From: Ranitomeya imitator
Taxonomy: Eukaryota
Direction: 5' to 3'
DNA: 64,000 bases
Assembly: GCF_032444005.1 (NCBI RefSeq)
Contig: NC_091282.1
Coordinates: 1,134,228,001-1,134,292,000 of the forward strand
Shown piece by piece: positions 1 to 12,414 of this stretch. The position numbers were made by a program, and so were the translations under genes. Under the pieces are notes generated by a model. That model saw only the letters and a list, made by a program, of their open reading frames with translations. It was not told the DNA's origin and ran no database searches. Positions within the stretch are counted from its first letter, which is position 1. The number at the start of each line of letters is the position of its first letter.

Positions 1-736
1 ACAGTTTCACCTGTCTTTCACTAGGGGGACTTTTCAGGGAGTCACAAAAACACTGAACTTTAGGAAGGCAAAGTTTGACCAGCTTAGAGATGCCCTTAAT
101 CTGGTAGACTGGGACAATATCCTCAGAAATAAGAATACAGATAATAAATGGGAAATGTTTAAGAACATCCTAAATAGGCAGTGTAAGCGGTTTATACCTT
201 GTGGGAATAAAAGGACTAGAAATAGGAAAAACCCAATGTGGCTAAACAAAGAAGTAAGACAGGCAATTAACAGTAAAAAAAGCATTTGCACTACTAAAGC
301 AGGATGGCACCATTGAAGCTCTAAAAAACTATAGGGAGAAAAATACTTTATCTAAAAAACTAATTACAGCTGCCAAAAAGGAAACAGAGAAGCACATTGC
401 TAAGGAGAGTAAAACTAATCCCAAACTGTTCTTCAACTATATCAATAGTAAAAGAATAAAAACTGAAAATGTAGGCCCCTTAAAAAATAGCGAGGAAAGA
501 ATGGTTGTAGATGACGAGGAAAAAGCTAACATATTAAACACCTTCTTCTCCACGGTATTCACGGTGGAAAATGAAATGCTAGGTGAAATCTCAAGAAACA
601 ATGAAAACCCTATATTAAGGGTCACCAATCTAACGCAATGGTTAGCACAGCAGCCTTGCAGCGCTGGGGTCCTGGGTTCGAATCCCACCCAGGAAAACAT
701 CTGCAAAGAGTTTGTATGTTCTCTCCGTGTTTGCGT

Positions 737-767
<31 letters not shown>

Positions 768-2526
768 ACATTCCAAAGACATACTGATAGGGAATCTAGA
801 TTGTGAGCCCCATGAGGGACAGTGATGATAATGTGTGCAAAACTGTAAAGCGCTGCGGAATATGTTAACGCTATATAAAAAATAAAGATTATTATTATAA
901 ACCCAAGAAGAGGTGCGAAACCGGCTAAATAAGATTAAAATAGATAAATCTCCGTGTCCGGATGGCATACCCCCACGAGTACTAAGAGAACTAAGTAATG
1001 TAATAGATAAACCATTATTTCTTATTTTTAGGGACTCTATAGCGACAGGGTCTGTTCCCCAGGATTGGCGCATAGCAAATGTGGTGCCAATATTCAAAAA
1101 GGGCTCTAAAAGTGAACCTGGAAATTATAGGCCAGTAAGTCTAACCTCTATTGTTGGTAAAATATTTGAAGGGTTTCTGAGGGATGTTATTCTGGATTAT
1201 CTCAATGAGAATAACTGTTTAACTCCATATCAACATGGGTTTATGAGAAATCGCTCCTGTCAAACCAATCTAATCAGTTTTTATGAAGAGGTAAGCTATA
1301 GGCTGGACCACGGTGAGTCATTGGACGTGGTATATCTCGATTTTTCCAAAGCGTTTGATACCGTGCCGCACAAGAGGTTGGTACACAAAATGAGAATGCT
1401 TGGTCTGGGGGAAAATGTGTGTAAATTTGTTAGTAACTGGCTTAGTGATAGAAAGCAGAGGGTGGTTATAAATGGTATAGTCTCTAACTAGGTCGCTGTG
1501 ACCAGTGGGGTACCGCAGGGGTCAGTATTGGGACCTGTTCTCTTCAACATATTCATTAATGATCTGGTAGAAGGTTTACACAGTAAAATATCGATATTTG
1601 CAGATGATACAAAACTATGTAAAGCAGTTAATACAAGAGAAGATAGTATTCTGCTACAGATGGATCTGGATAAGTTGGAAACTTGGGCTGAAAGGTGGCA
1701 GATGAGGTTTAACAATGATAAATGTAAGGTTATACACATGGGAAGAAGGAATCAATATCACCATTACACACTGAATGGGAAACCACTGGGTAAATCTGAC
1801 AGGGAGAAGGACTTGGGGATCCTAGTTAATAATAAACTTACCTGGAGCAGCCAGTGCCAGGCAGCAGCTGCCAAGGCAAACAGGATCATGGGGTGCATTA
1901 AAAGAGGTCTGGATACACATGATGAGAGCATTATACTGCCTCTGTACAAATCCCTAGTTAGACCGCACATGGAGTACTGTGTCCAGTTTTGGGCACCGGT
2001 GCTCAGGAAGGATATAATGGAACTAGAGAGAGTACAAAGGAGGGCAACAAAATTAATAAAGGGGATGGGAGAACTACAATACCCAGATAGATTAGCGAAA
2101 TTAGGATTATTTAGTCTAGAATAAAGATGACTGAGGGGCGATCTAATAACCATGTATAAGTATATAAGGGGACAATACAAATATCTCGCTGAGGATCTGT
2201 TTATACCAAGGAAGGTGACGGGCACAAGGCGGCATTCTTTGCGTCTGGAGGAGAGAAGGTTTTTCCACCAACATAGAAGAGGATTCTTTACTGTTAGGGC
2301 AGTGAGAATCTGGAATTGCTTGCCTGAGGAGGTGGTGATGGCGAACTCAGTCGAGGGGTTCAAGAGAGGCCTGGATGTCTTCCTGGAGCAGAACAATATT
2401 GTATCATACAATTAGGTTCTGTAGAAGGATGTAGATCTGGGGATTTATTATGATGGAATATAGGCTGAACTGGATGGACAAATGTCTTTTTTCGGCCTTA
2501 CTAACTATGTTACTATGTTACTATGA
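1..2526 (+). mobile_element. CR1-clade LINE, copy 1 (5' part outside window), inactivated ORF2 and (TATGTTAC)n 3' tail
   Basis: ORF pieces 913-1491, 1498-2124 and 2152-2415 carry RT motifs ([31 protein letters not shown]). Stop at 1489-1491 is TAG where copy 2 has TGG. Tail ttactaactatgttactatgttactatg ends at 2526. About 98% identical by eye to 6365-8711. Confidence 0.95.
635..899 (+). mobile_element. tRNA-derived V-SINE with L2-like 3' tail, inserted in CR1 copy 1
   Basis: Absent from CR1 copy 2, which reads caccaatctaacccaagaag uninterrupted. A-box-like tggttagcac, B box GGTTCGAATCC (~675-685), V-domain-like core gagtttgtatgttctctccgtgtttgcgtgggtttcctccggg, and tail tgtaaagcgctgcggaat...attattat. 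Junction homology is only ~3 nt (aac). Confidence 0.88.
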
Positions 2527-3278
2527 GATGCTTTGTTTCTGCTGATCGGGATGACTGGGTGTCCTTTTTGCCTTTGGCTGAGTTCGCCCTTAATAATCGG
2601 GCCAGCTCGGCTACCTTGGTTTCGCCATTTTTCTGCAATTCTGGGTTCCATCCTCGTTTCTCTTCAGGACAGGTTGAGTCTTCGGACTGTCCTGGTGTGG
2701 ATACTGTGGTGGACAGGTTGCAGCAGATTTGGACTCATGTAGTGGACAATTTGACCTTGTCCCAGGAGAAGGCTCAACGTTTCGCTAATCGCAGACGCCG
2801 TGTGGGTCCCCGACTTCGTGTTGGGGATCTGGTTTGGTTATCTTCTCGTCATATTCCTATGAAGGTTTCCTCTCCTAAGTTTAAACCTTGTTTCATTGGT
2901 CCGTATAGGATTTCTGAGGTTCTTAATCCTGTGTCTTTTCGTCTGACCCTTCCAGATTCTTTTTCCATACATAACGTATTCCATAGGTCATTGTTGCGGA
3001 GATACGTGGCACCTATGGTTCCATCTGTTGATCCTCCTGCCCCGGTTTTGGTGGAGGGGAATTGGAGTATATTGTGGAGAAGATTTTGGATTCTCGTGTT
3101 TCTAGACGGAAACTCCAGTATCTGGTTAAATGGAAGGGTTATGCTCAGGAAGATAATTCCTGGGTTTTTGCCTCTGATGTCCATGCTCCCGATCTTGTTC
3201 GTGCCTTTCATGTGGCTCATCCTGGTCGGCCTGGGGGCTCTGGTGAGGGTTCAGTGACCCCTCCTCAAGGGGGGGTAC
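2527..3278 (+). mobile_element. Chromovirus (Ty3/Gypsy) internal 3' fragment: integrase C-terminus, chromodomain, PPT
   Basis: ORFs 2523-3257 and 3062-3286 (EYIVEKILDSRVSRRKLQYLVKWKGY, frameshifted). PPT AAGGGGGGG at 3267-3275, then TAC and the LTR. Homologous to 45298-46050 and to the minus-strand copy. Confidence 0.93.
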
Positions 3279-4080
3279 TGTTGTGAATTCTGTGGCAGAG
3301 CTCCCTCCTGTGGTCACAAGTGGTACTTCGGCTGATTCTCTCTGTGAGCTTCTGTTGGTGGAGGGAAGTGGTACTGCGGCTTCTGAGTTTCCTCCCTCAG
3401 GTGATCTGGTGAGGTCGTTAGGTGCTTCTCTACTTAACTCCACCTAATGCTTTGATCCTGGCTTCCTGTCAATGTTCCACTGTTGGACTTGCTTTTCCCT
3501 GGATCATTCCTGTGGCCTGCTGCTCTGCATAGCTAAGTTCTTCTTTGCTATTTGTTTGCTATTTTTTCTGTCCAGCTTGTCTAATTTGTTGCTGGAAGCT
3601 CTGGGACGCAAAGGGTGTACCTCCGTGCCGTTAGTTCGGTACGGAGGGTCTTTTTGCCCCCTTTGCGTGGTTTTCTTTAGGGTTTTGTGTAGACCGCAAA
3701 GTTACCTTTTCTATCCTCGATCTGTTAAGAAGTCGGGCCTCACTTTGCTGAATCTATTTCATCTCTACGTTTGTCTTTTCATCTTAACTCACAGTCATTA
3801 TATGTGGGGGGCTGCCTTTTCCTTTGGGGTATTTCTCTGAGGCAAGGTAGGCTTATTTTCTATCTTCAGGCTAGTTAGTTTCTCAGGCTGTGCCGAGTTG
3901 CATAGGCAGAGTTAGGCGCAATCCACGGCTGTCTCTAGTGTTGTTTGGAGAGGATTAGGGATTGCAGTCTGCAGAGTTCCCACGTCTCAGAGCTCGTTCT
4001 ATGATTTTGGGTTATTGTCAGATCACTGTATGTGCTCTGACCGCTATGTCCATTGTAGTACTGAATTGCCTTTCATAACA
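3279..4080 (+). mobile_element. Chromovirus 3' LTR, subtype A (802 bp)
   Basis: TG...CA ends (tgttgtgaattc...cataaca), directly after the PPT. Near-identical to the reverse complement of 53595-54397 and 58592-59394. Confidence 0.95.
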
Positions 4081-5117
4081 GGCGAGTTTTGCGCGTGGCG
4101 AGTTTTATGTGTGGTGCCTTTTGAGTATGTGCAAGTTTTGTGTGAGGCAACTTTTGCATGTGTTGCAACTTTTGTGCATGTGGCAATTTTTCCGCGTGTG
4201 CAAGTTTTGCGTGTGGCGAGTTTTCCATGAGGTGAGTTTTGCACTTGTGGCGAGTTTGGCAAGAGCCTAGTTTTTGCATGTGGCGAGCTCTGCGCGTGGC
4301 GAGTTTTGAGTGGCGACTTTTGTGTTTAGACTTTTATGTGGTGAGGTTGGTGTATTTGTGGTGAAATGTGTGCTGAGGGTAATATGTGTTCAAGCACGTG
4401 GTAGTGTGTGGCGCATTTTGTGTGTGTTCATATCCCCATGTGTGGTGAGTATCCCATGTCGGGGCCCCACCTTAGCAACTGTACGGTATATACTCTTTGG
4501 CGCCATCGCTCTCATTCTTTAAGTCCCCCTTGTTCACATCTGGCAGCTGTCAATTTGCCTCCTACACTTTTCCTTTCATTTTTTCCCATTATGTAGATAG
4601 GGGCAAAATTGTTTGGTGAATTGGAAAGCGCCGGGTTAAAATTTCACCTCACAACATAGCCTATGACGCTCTCGGGGTCCAGACGTGTGACTGTGCAAAA
4701 TTTTGTGGCTGTAGCTGCGACGCCTCCAACACTTTTCCTTTCACTTTTTCCCCATTATGTAGATAGGGGCAAAATTGTTTGGTGAATTGGAAAGCACGGG
4801 GTTAAAATTTCACCTCACAACATAGCCTATGATGCTTTCAGGGTCCAGACGTGTGACTGTGCAAAATTTTGTGGCTGTAGCTGCGACGCCTCCAACACTT
4901 TTCCTTTCACTTTTTCCCCATTATGTAGATAGGGGCAAAATTGTTTGGTGAATTGGAAAGCACGGGGTTAAAATTTCACCTCACAACATAGCCTATGACG
5001 CTCTCAGGGTCCAGACGTGTGACTGCAAAATTTTTTGGCTGTAGCTGCGACGGTGCAGATGCCAATCCCGGACATACACACACACATACACACACACATT
5101 CAGCTTTATATATTAGA
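4081..5117 (-). mobile_element. Non-autonomous Helitron-like element, 5' portion (interrupted by the chromovirus)
   Basis: Minus strand reads A|TCTAATATATAAAGCTGAATG(TG)n, the same TCTA-TATATAA plus microsatellite 5' architecture as the element at 37910. Contains internal gcgtggcgagtttt repeats and a 165-bp tandem array. The 3' CTAG end is not in the window. Confidence 0.55.
4562..5050. repeat. Tandem repeat, ~165-166 bp unit, 3 copies
   Basis: acttttcctttca starts at 4566, 4731 and 4897, and the intervening sequences are near-identical. Confidence 0.9.
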
Positions 5118-5149
5118 TAACGTGTTCTTTATATTGTCTCTATTTTTTT

Positions 5150-5650
5150 TTAGACTTAAATAGAGAAAAAAACCTCACATGGTAATCAACTCCCCAGGAT
5201 GTTGAATCTTGGAAAATGTAGGAAAACTTGCTAAATACCAGACGATGCCAATCTGGGTAATCTCTAATTATACGTCCAGTGGACTTGTGAATGATAAAAC
5301 CTATATTCTGTGTTGACTCAGAGGAAGCATTGCAGAGGGCTATGGTAAACGAATCCGCTCTTCCATGTCCTTAATATGCTAATGTTTAATTTCCTCTGAC
5401 AGATTAATACAAGCCTCCGTATGCTTCACTGAGACTAATTGATGGGAATATTTCAGTTACCAAGAGAAGTGTTTTAAGTCTAGATCATTGATTTTAGAGA
5501 TTAATTATTTAATAAAAAGCTAAATAGTAAAGCTTGAAAAAATTCACCTCCAGCTCCTGGGATAAAATTTCCAAATTTCTTTATTCGAAAAAACATTAAA
5601 ATTCCATTAAGGACTCCGGGACAGAAAAACATCAGACAGATGAAAGAGCT
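5150..5650 (-). mobile_element. Possible highly degenerate Penelope-like RT C-terminal remnant
   Basis: Minus-strand translation across stops and frameshifts gives HLSDVFL (cf. YIDDVFL), SLMEF, EVNFFKL (cf. INFLDL) and NLSEE...KDMEER in the expected order. The resemblance is weak. Confidence 0.3.
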
Positions 5651-5770
5651 CTTTCATCTGTCTGATGTTTTTCTGTCCCGGAGTCCTTAATGGAATTTTA
5701 ATGTTTTTTCGAATAAAAAAATTTGGAAATTTTATCCCAGGAGCTGGAGGTGAATTTTTTCAAGCTTTAC
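5527..5770. repeat. 244-bp palindrome, 122-bp arms, no spacer
   Basis: Centred on GAG|CTC (5646-5651). Arms run gtaaagcttgaaaaaattcacc... to ...ggtgaattttttcaagctttac, with one mismatch seen (5579). Confidence 0.95.
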
Positions 5771-6364
5771 CATGTATTCACGTCTGACCAGGATGGCCCT
5801 CCGTGCACCGGTGTTTCATTAGGTGAGCTGGCTTTTTTTCTCTTTTTGTCCACAAAAAGCTAAATACATGTAGAAATTTCCTGTCCTGCATTATAGTTTT
5901 GTACAAAATGTAATTATTTTATTTTATTTTGCAGTTTAAAAACTAAAGGAAATTTGTTTTCCCCAAGGGGCAATTGGGATGGTTCCGGATATGAAATGTC
6001 TGTAATAGGGCCTTGATAAGTAGAATAGTTTGCTACCTGTTACATTACTTTTATTAAGGTAGATAGACTTTTGTTAATGTGATAATACTAATTATAGATA
6101 CTTACAGTGGGGCAAAAATGTATTTAGTCAGTCAGCAATAGTGCAAGTTCCACCACTTAAAAAGATGAGAGGCGTCTGTAATTTACATCATAGATAGACC
6201 TCAACTATGGGAGACAAACTGAGAAAAAAAAATCCAGAAAATCACATTGTCTGTTTTTTTAACATTTTATTTGCATATTATGGTGGAAAATAAGTATTTG
6301 GTCAGAACCAAAATTTCATCTCAATACTTTGTAATATATCCTTTGTTGGCAATGACAGAGGTCA

Positions 6365-8711
6365 GCACTTTTAGACCTAATACTATCTAATAGACCTGAC
6401 AGAATAACAAATCTGCAGGTGGTTGGGCATTTAGGAAATAGCGACCACAATATTGTGCAGTTTCACCTGTCTTTCACTAGGGGGACTTGTCAGGGAGTCA
6501 CAAAAACATTGAACTTTAGGAAGGCAAAGTTTGAACAGCTTAGAGATGCCCTTAATCTGGTAGACTGGGACAATATCCTCAGAAATGAGAATACAGATAA
6601 TAAATGGGAAATGTTTAAGAACATCCTAAATAGGCAGTGTAAGCGGTTTATACCTTGTGGGAATAAAAGGACTAGAAATAGGAAAAACCCAATGTGGCTA
6701 AACAAAGAAGTAAGACAGGCAATTAACAGTAAAAAGAAAGCATTTGCACTACTAAAGCAGGATGGCACCATTGAAGCTCTAAAAAACTATAGGGAGAAAA
6801 ATACTATATCTAAAAAACTAATTAAAGCTGCCAAAAAGGAAACAGAGAAGCACATTGCTAAGGAGAGTAAAACTAATCCCAAACTGTTCTTCAACTATAT
6901 CAATAGTAAAAGAATAAAAACTGAAAATGTAGGCCCCTTAAAAAATAGTGAGGAAAGAATGGTTGTAGATGACGAGGAAAAAGCTAACATATTAAACACC
7001 TTCTTCTCCACGGTATTCACGGTGGAAAATGAAATGCTAGGTGAAATCCCAAGAAACAATGAAAACCCTATATTAAGGGTCACCAATCTAACCCAAGAAG
7101 AGGTGCGAAACCGGCTAAATAAGATTAAAATAGATAAATCTCCGGGTCCGGATGGCATACACCCACGAGTACTAAGAGAACTAAGTAATGTAATAGATAA
7201 ACCATTATTTCTTATTTTTAGTGACTCTATAGTGACAGGGTCTGTTCCGCAGGACTGGCGCATAGCAAATGTGGTGCCAATATTCAAAAAGGGCTCTAAA
7301 AGTGAACCTGGAAATTATAGGCCAGTAAGTCTAACCTCTATTGTTGGTAAAATATTTGAAGGGTTTCTGAGGGATGTTATTCTGGATTATCTCAATGAGA
7401 ATAACTGTTTAACTCCAGATCAGCATGGGTTTATGAGAAATCGCTCCTGTCAAACCAATCTAATCAGTTTTTATGAAGAGGTAAGCTATAGGCTGGACCA
7501 CGGTGAGTCATTGGACGTGGTATATCTCGATTTTTCCAAAGCGTTTGATACCGTGCCGCACAAGAGGTTGGTACACAAAATGAGAATGCTTGGTCTGGGG
7601 GAAAATGTGTGTAAATGGGTTAGTAACTGGCTTAGTGATAGAAAGCAGAGGGTGGTTATAAATGGTATAGTCTCTAACTGGGTCGCTGTGACCAGTGGGG
7701 TACCGCAGGGGTCAGTATTGGGACCTGTTCTCTTCAACATATTCATTAATGATCTGGTAGAAGGTTTACACAGTAAAATATCGATATTTGCAGATGATAC
7801 AAAACTATGTAAAGCAGTTAATACAAGAGAAGATAGTATTCTGCTACAGATGGATCTGGATAAGTTGGAAACTTGGGCTGAAAGGTGGCAGATGAGGTTT
7901 AACAATGATAAATGTAAGGTTATACACATGGGAAGAGGGAATCAATATCACCATTACACACTGAACGGGAAACCACTGGGTAAATCTGACAGGGAGAAGG
8001 ACTTGGGGATCCTAGTTAATGATAAACTTACCTGGAGCAGCCAGTGCCAGGCAGCAGCTGCCAAGGCAAACAGGATCATGGGGTGCATTAAAAGAGGTCT
8101 GGATACACATGATGAGAGCATTATACTGCCTCTGTACAAATCCCTAGTTAGACCGCACATGGAGTACTGTGTCCAGTTTTGGGCACCGGTGCTCAGGAAG
8201 GATATAATGGAACTAGAGAGAGTACAAAGGAGGGCAACAAAATTAATAAAGGGGATGGGAGAACTACAATACCCAGATAGATTAGCGAAATTAGGATTAT
8301 TTAGTCTACAAAAAAGACGACTGAGGGGCGATCTAATAACCATGTATAAGTATATAAGGGGACAATACAAATATCTCGCTGAGGATCTGTTTATACCAAG
8401 GAAGGTGACGGGCACAAGGGGGCATTCTTTGCGTCTGGAGGAGAGAAGGTTTTTCCACCAACATAGAAGAGGATTCTTTACTGTTAGGGCAGTGAGAATC
8501 TGGAATTGCTTGCCTGAGGAGGTGGTGATGGCGAACTCAGTCGAGGGGTTCAAGAGAGGCCTGGATGTCTTCCTGGAGCAGAACAATATTGTATCATACA
8601 ATTATTAGGTTCTGTAGAAGGACGTAGATCTGGGTATTTATTATGATGGAATATAGGCTGAACTGGATGGACAAATGTCTTTTTTCGGCCTTACTAACTA
8701 TGTTACTATGT
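6365..8711 (+). mobile_element. CR1-clade LINE, copy 2, 5'-truncated
   Basis: Begins in the end of the APE endonuclease (LLDLILSN...GNSDHN) and ends with ttactaactatgttactatgt. Tc1 sequence flanks both sides with no long TSD. Confidence 0.96.
6419..8608 (+). CDS. CR1 ORF2 remnant: uninterrupted 729-codon frame with APE tail and complete reverse transcriptase
   Basis: ORF track gives 729 aa with [33 protein letters not shown] and FADD motifs. It lacks the N-terminal endonuclease and a native start, so it is unlikely to be expressed as such. Confidence 0.85.
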   Translation: MVGHLGNSDHNIVQFHLSFTRGTCQGVTKTLNFRKAKFEQLRDALNLVDWDNILRNENTDNKWEMFKNILNRQCKRFIPCGNKRTRNRKNPMWLNKEVRQAINSKKKAFALLKQDGTIEALKNYREKNTISKKLIKAAKKETEKHIAKESKTNPKLFFNYINSKRIKTENVGPLKNSEERMVVDDEEKANILNTFFSTVFTVENEMLGEIPRNNENPILRVTNLTQEEVRNRLNKIKIDKSPGPDGIHPRVLRELSNVIDKPLFLIFSDSIVTGSVPQDWRIANVVPIFKKGSKSEPGNYRPVSLTSIVGKIFEGFLRDVILDYLNENNCLTPDQHGFMRNRSCQTNLISFYEEVSYRLDHGESLDVVYLDFSKAFDTVPHKRLVHKMRMLGLGENVCKWVSNWLSDRKQRVVINGIVSNWVAVTSGVPQGSVLGPVLFNIFINDLVEGLHSKISIFADDTKLCKAVNTREDSILLQMDLDKLETWAERWQMRFNNDKCKVIHMGRGNQYHHYTLNGKPLGKSDREKDLGILVNDKLTWSSQCQAAAAKANRIMGCIKRGLDTHDESIILPLYKSLVRPHMEYCVQFWAPVLRKDIMELERVQRRATKLIKGMGELQYPDRLAKLGLFSLQKRRLRGDLITMYKYIRGQYKYLAEDLFIPRKVTGTRGHSLRLEERRFFHQHRRGFFTVRAVRIWNCLPEEVVMANSVEGFKRGLDVFLEQNNIVSYNY

Positions 8712-9691
8712 AAACGTTTTCTGTAAGTCTTCACAAGGTTGCCACACACTGTTGTTGGTATGTTGGCCCATTCCTCCATGCAGATCTCCTCTAGAGCAGT
8801 GATGTTTTTGGCTTTTCGCTTGGCAACACGGACTTTCAACTCCCTCCAAAGGTTTTCTATAGGGTTGAGATCTGGAGACTGGCTAGGCCACTCCAGGACC
8901 TTGAAATGCTTCTTACGAAGCCACTCCTTCGTTGCCCTGGCGGTGTGCTTTGGATCATTGTCATGTTGAAAGACCCAGCCACGTTACATCTTCAATGCCC
9001 TTGCTGATGGAAGGAGGTTTGCACTCAAAATCTCACGATACATGGCCACATTCATTCTTTCATGTACCCGGATCAGTCGTCCTGGCCCCTTTGCAGAGAA
9101 ACAGCCCCAAAGCATGATGTTTCCACCACCATGCTTTACAGTAGGTATGGTGTTTGATGGATGCAACTCAGTATTCTTTTTCCTCCAAACACGACAAGTT
9201 GTGTTTCTACCAAACAGTTCCAGTTTGGTTTCATCAGACCATAGGACATTCTCCCAAAACTCCTCTGGATCATCCAAATGCTCTCTAGCAAACTTCAGAC
9301 GGGCCCGGACATGTACTGGCTTAAGCAGTGGGACACGTCTGGCACTGCAGGATCTGAGTCCATGGTGGCGTAGTGTGTTACTTATGGTAGGCCTTGTTAC
9401 ATTGGTCCCAGCACTCTGCAGTTCGTTCACTAGGTCCCCCCGCGTGGTTCTGGGATTTTTGCTCACCGTTCTTGTGATCATTCTGACCCCACGGGGTGGG
9501 ATTTTGCGTGGAGCCCCAGATCGAGGGAGATTATCAGTGGTCTTGTATGTCTTCCATTTTCTAATTATTGCTCCCACTGTTGATTTCTTCACTCCAAGCT
9601 GGTTGGCTATTGCAGATTCAGTCTTCCCAGCCTGGTGCAGTGCTACAATTTTGTTTCTGGTGTCCTTTGACAGCTCTTTGGTCTTTACCAT
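8712..9691 (-). pseudogene. Tc1 transposase (paired-like HTH plus DD34E), one premature stop, C-terminus split by CR1
   Basis: ORF 8984-9691 ([16 protein letters not shown]...WSDETK...KHGGG) continues in frame after a TAA through QHDNDPKH and [11 protein letters not shown]. The last codons lie left of the CR1 at ~6325-6364. Confidence 0.92.
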
Positions 9692-12414
9692 AGTGGAGTT
9701 TGGAGTCAGACTGTTTGAGGGTGTGCACGGGTGTCTTTTTATACTGATAACAAGTTTAAACAGGTGCCATTACTACAGGTAATGAGTGGAGGAAAGAGGA
9801 GACTCTTAAAGAAGAAGTTACAGGTCTGTGAGAGCCAGAAATCTTGATTGTTTGTTTCTGACCAAATACTTATTTTCCACTATAATATGCAAATAAAATG
9901 ATAAAAAAACAGACAATGATTTTCCGGATTTTTTTTTCTCAGTTTGTCTCCCATAGTTGAGGTCTACCTATGATGTAAATTACAGACGCCTCTCATCTTT
10001 TTAAGTGGGGGAACTTGCACTATTGCTGACTGACTAAATACTTTTTTGCCCCACTGTATATTTTGGGGTATTGTTTTAGTGCGCAATGTTAATTTTTTGC
10101 ATTGTAGATTAATTGCTGTACTGTTCATCTTCAGGAAAAAAACAAGAATATACCTAAAGGGTAATCTGTTTAACAATAATGTGTGTTATTGTAATTAATA
10201 TCTTCATATACTACATATTTCTCTACTTTTAAAATATTCTTGTCATTTCAAATATATCTTCAGAAAAAGCAACCACATAAGGAATGATACTATTGTAAGC
10301 ATTATGTCTTGTTTTTACCGACTGCAGGCTATATATCTACTTTTATGTTCTCCCTGAACTAGTGGGAGAAGAATAGATGCTGTGATGTCTCCCATGTACA
10401 GTACCAAGAAACAGAGGGATTCCTGCTTTTCTTACCTGGGTTTAGGACTTATTCAGAACTAACAGCAGCTAATATACATCTGTCTGGAGGAATTCATACA
10501 GCAGTACTGAGCTGTGTGACTGTAATTCCAGCTCCTGGATTAGCTAATTAATTCACTAACTGCAGCATGGTTTACCTGTTTCTGTCTCTGCTTGTTTTGC
10601 CACCCTGCTCCACACTCCTCCACCCTCTCCTCTCCATAGGCTTTAATACTTAGTAGTAATATGACACTTCACTGTGCTGGTTGTCTGTCTTTCTTTGACC
10701 AAGAAGGATTTTAGTAAATTTTTTGGGGGTGAATGGTGAGTTCAGGACACATGGGGAGGGGAAGACATGTCTCATAAGTGGAGAAACAAGAACATTTCTC
10801 AGATAGGATATATGCAGAATATATTTCAAAATTGCTTGAACTATTGATTTATGCAAATTGTGTTGAAATGACAGTGACCATTTACATTAATATTGATGGC
10901 ACATTATAAAGGTTGCATAATCATGACAATTCCATTTCGAAAATTAAGCAGGCAATTAAGCAACTAGCTGAGCAACGCAGAACTTATGTAACCCCTGGTG
11001 ATCAGCTGTTTTGGCAGAGGGAAGCTGCGGCTCCGAGCACAAAGAAAATGTAAAAATAGAAAAAAAAAATCTAAATCAATTATTCCATTAAAATTTATTA
11101 AACGATCTCATTCTTTTTTAAGATATCTAAGATATTACAGCCCAGTTAACGTCAAGGACCCAGATATTTTTTGTCTTTGAGCACCAAAAAAAATACATTG
11201 TAATTTGCAGGTGAAATCGGTCTTAGCAGTGAAAATTGGTCACTCATTCTCTTATATGCAACCTAATAAACATCTGGCTTCTTATATATGAAGAAATTAG
11301 CATTCTTAAATATTGGATCCCTGTGCAGGTGCATAAGCAAAACATATAATATTTTTCCTCGATGAATGAATTTTCGAAATAATTGAAATTACCCCAAATA
11401 TATATCATAATTAAAATAAAAAAAATCAAATATATAATGGGTGTTGATCATAAAAACAATGATTGAATAATAATAATAAACTAAGTCTATTGACCACCGA
11501 TACCTATAAAAAGATGCACTTCCTACTAATAGTTTATGCTTTTACTATTTAACATTATTACTACGTGCTGCACCACTCTGCATTTGCTAGAAGTTCATGT
11601 ACCTGTTTATATTTAATAGACAGCAAGCATTTAACATGTAACCGGGACGATGTGTGCGCAGTGTACTGATATAAAGTCCAAAAATCAGCAAGCATGAAGA
11701 ATAAATTAGACCTCTTCCCGGGAGAGGGTGTTCCCTTCCACTGAATTGGCTTTCAGATATGGTTAGAGAGCTCTGATTTTCAGCTGCCATGCTGTTTCTG
11801 ACTTAAAGATAACTCAACCATTTCACGTAATGCAGCTGGCTGACAATTTTGGCTCTTACAGACAGTTACAACAACAGAAAAATGAATGACCTACTAAAAT
11901 CAACCATTGTCAATCCCATATAGAACCGACTAAGAGAAATCAATAAAAGTATCTGTGCTGTAAAATGCTTTTGCAGAAGCTGCTCTCTTCTCCTTTTTTG
12001 CTCTATTTGTCACGTTAACTCATTTATTTAGAGCAGCGCTGTCTTGACATCTTGTAATATATTGTACTGGTTTATTTAATGTGACAAGGCCTTGGTTTCA
12101 CTTACTGGTCATAAGAGAGGTGTAGTTGTAATCTTTATCAAGGCAAGATAAAAGTTATTAGTCGTGTGCCTGCATATTTTATACGCGTCTATTACAACTA
12201 TAGGGTGAGCGATAGTTGAACAATACTGAAAACAAGCAATTTTGCTGCAAACATTTGTGACGAGACTCAAGGAAGAGTTCCTGAGTTTTGTGTATACATA
12301 ATGAAATTACACAATGTAAATGTAAATAACGCGATAGAACTAGGAAACTTACACCCAAGTGTTCCCAAAGAGATTAGGCCGGGTTAACATTAGTGTATGT
12401 GTGCGCAGCGTATA

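Larger units (their letters stand above)
6105..10056 (-). mobile_element. Tc1-family DNA transposon with long TIRs, interrupted by CR1 copy 2
   Basis: TA|CAGTGGGGCAAAAA...TTTTTTGCCCCACTG|TA with TIRs of about 200 bp. Tc1 sequence gacagaggtca / aaacgttttctg rejoins across the CR1 insert. Confidence 0.95.

Noticed and set aside
635-700. tRNA-like A and B boxes
   Set aside because: This is the head of a SINE. It is 5' truncated, does not form a full cloverleaf, and runs on into the V domain.
1764-2411. 215-aa minus-strand ORF repeated at 7954-8601
   Set aside because: It is an antisense shadow of CR1 ORF2, shared only because the two copies are near-identical. No recognisable domain.
4562-5050. 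Regularly spaced repeats resembling a CRISPR array (also 38530-39005 and 63600-64000)
   Set aside because: The units are contiguous with no unique spacers, there are no cas genes, and the context is eukaryotic transposons.
9042-9782. 246-aa plus-strand ORF
   Set aside because: It is exactly antisense to the Tc1 transposase, with no independent coding evidence.
10912-11052. Stop-free 46-codon stretch (HNHDNSISKIKQAIKQLAEQRRTYVTPGDQLFWQRE...) as a possible exon
   Set aside because: Weak acceptor, no recognisable homology, and a length compatible with chance.
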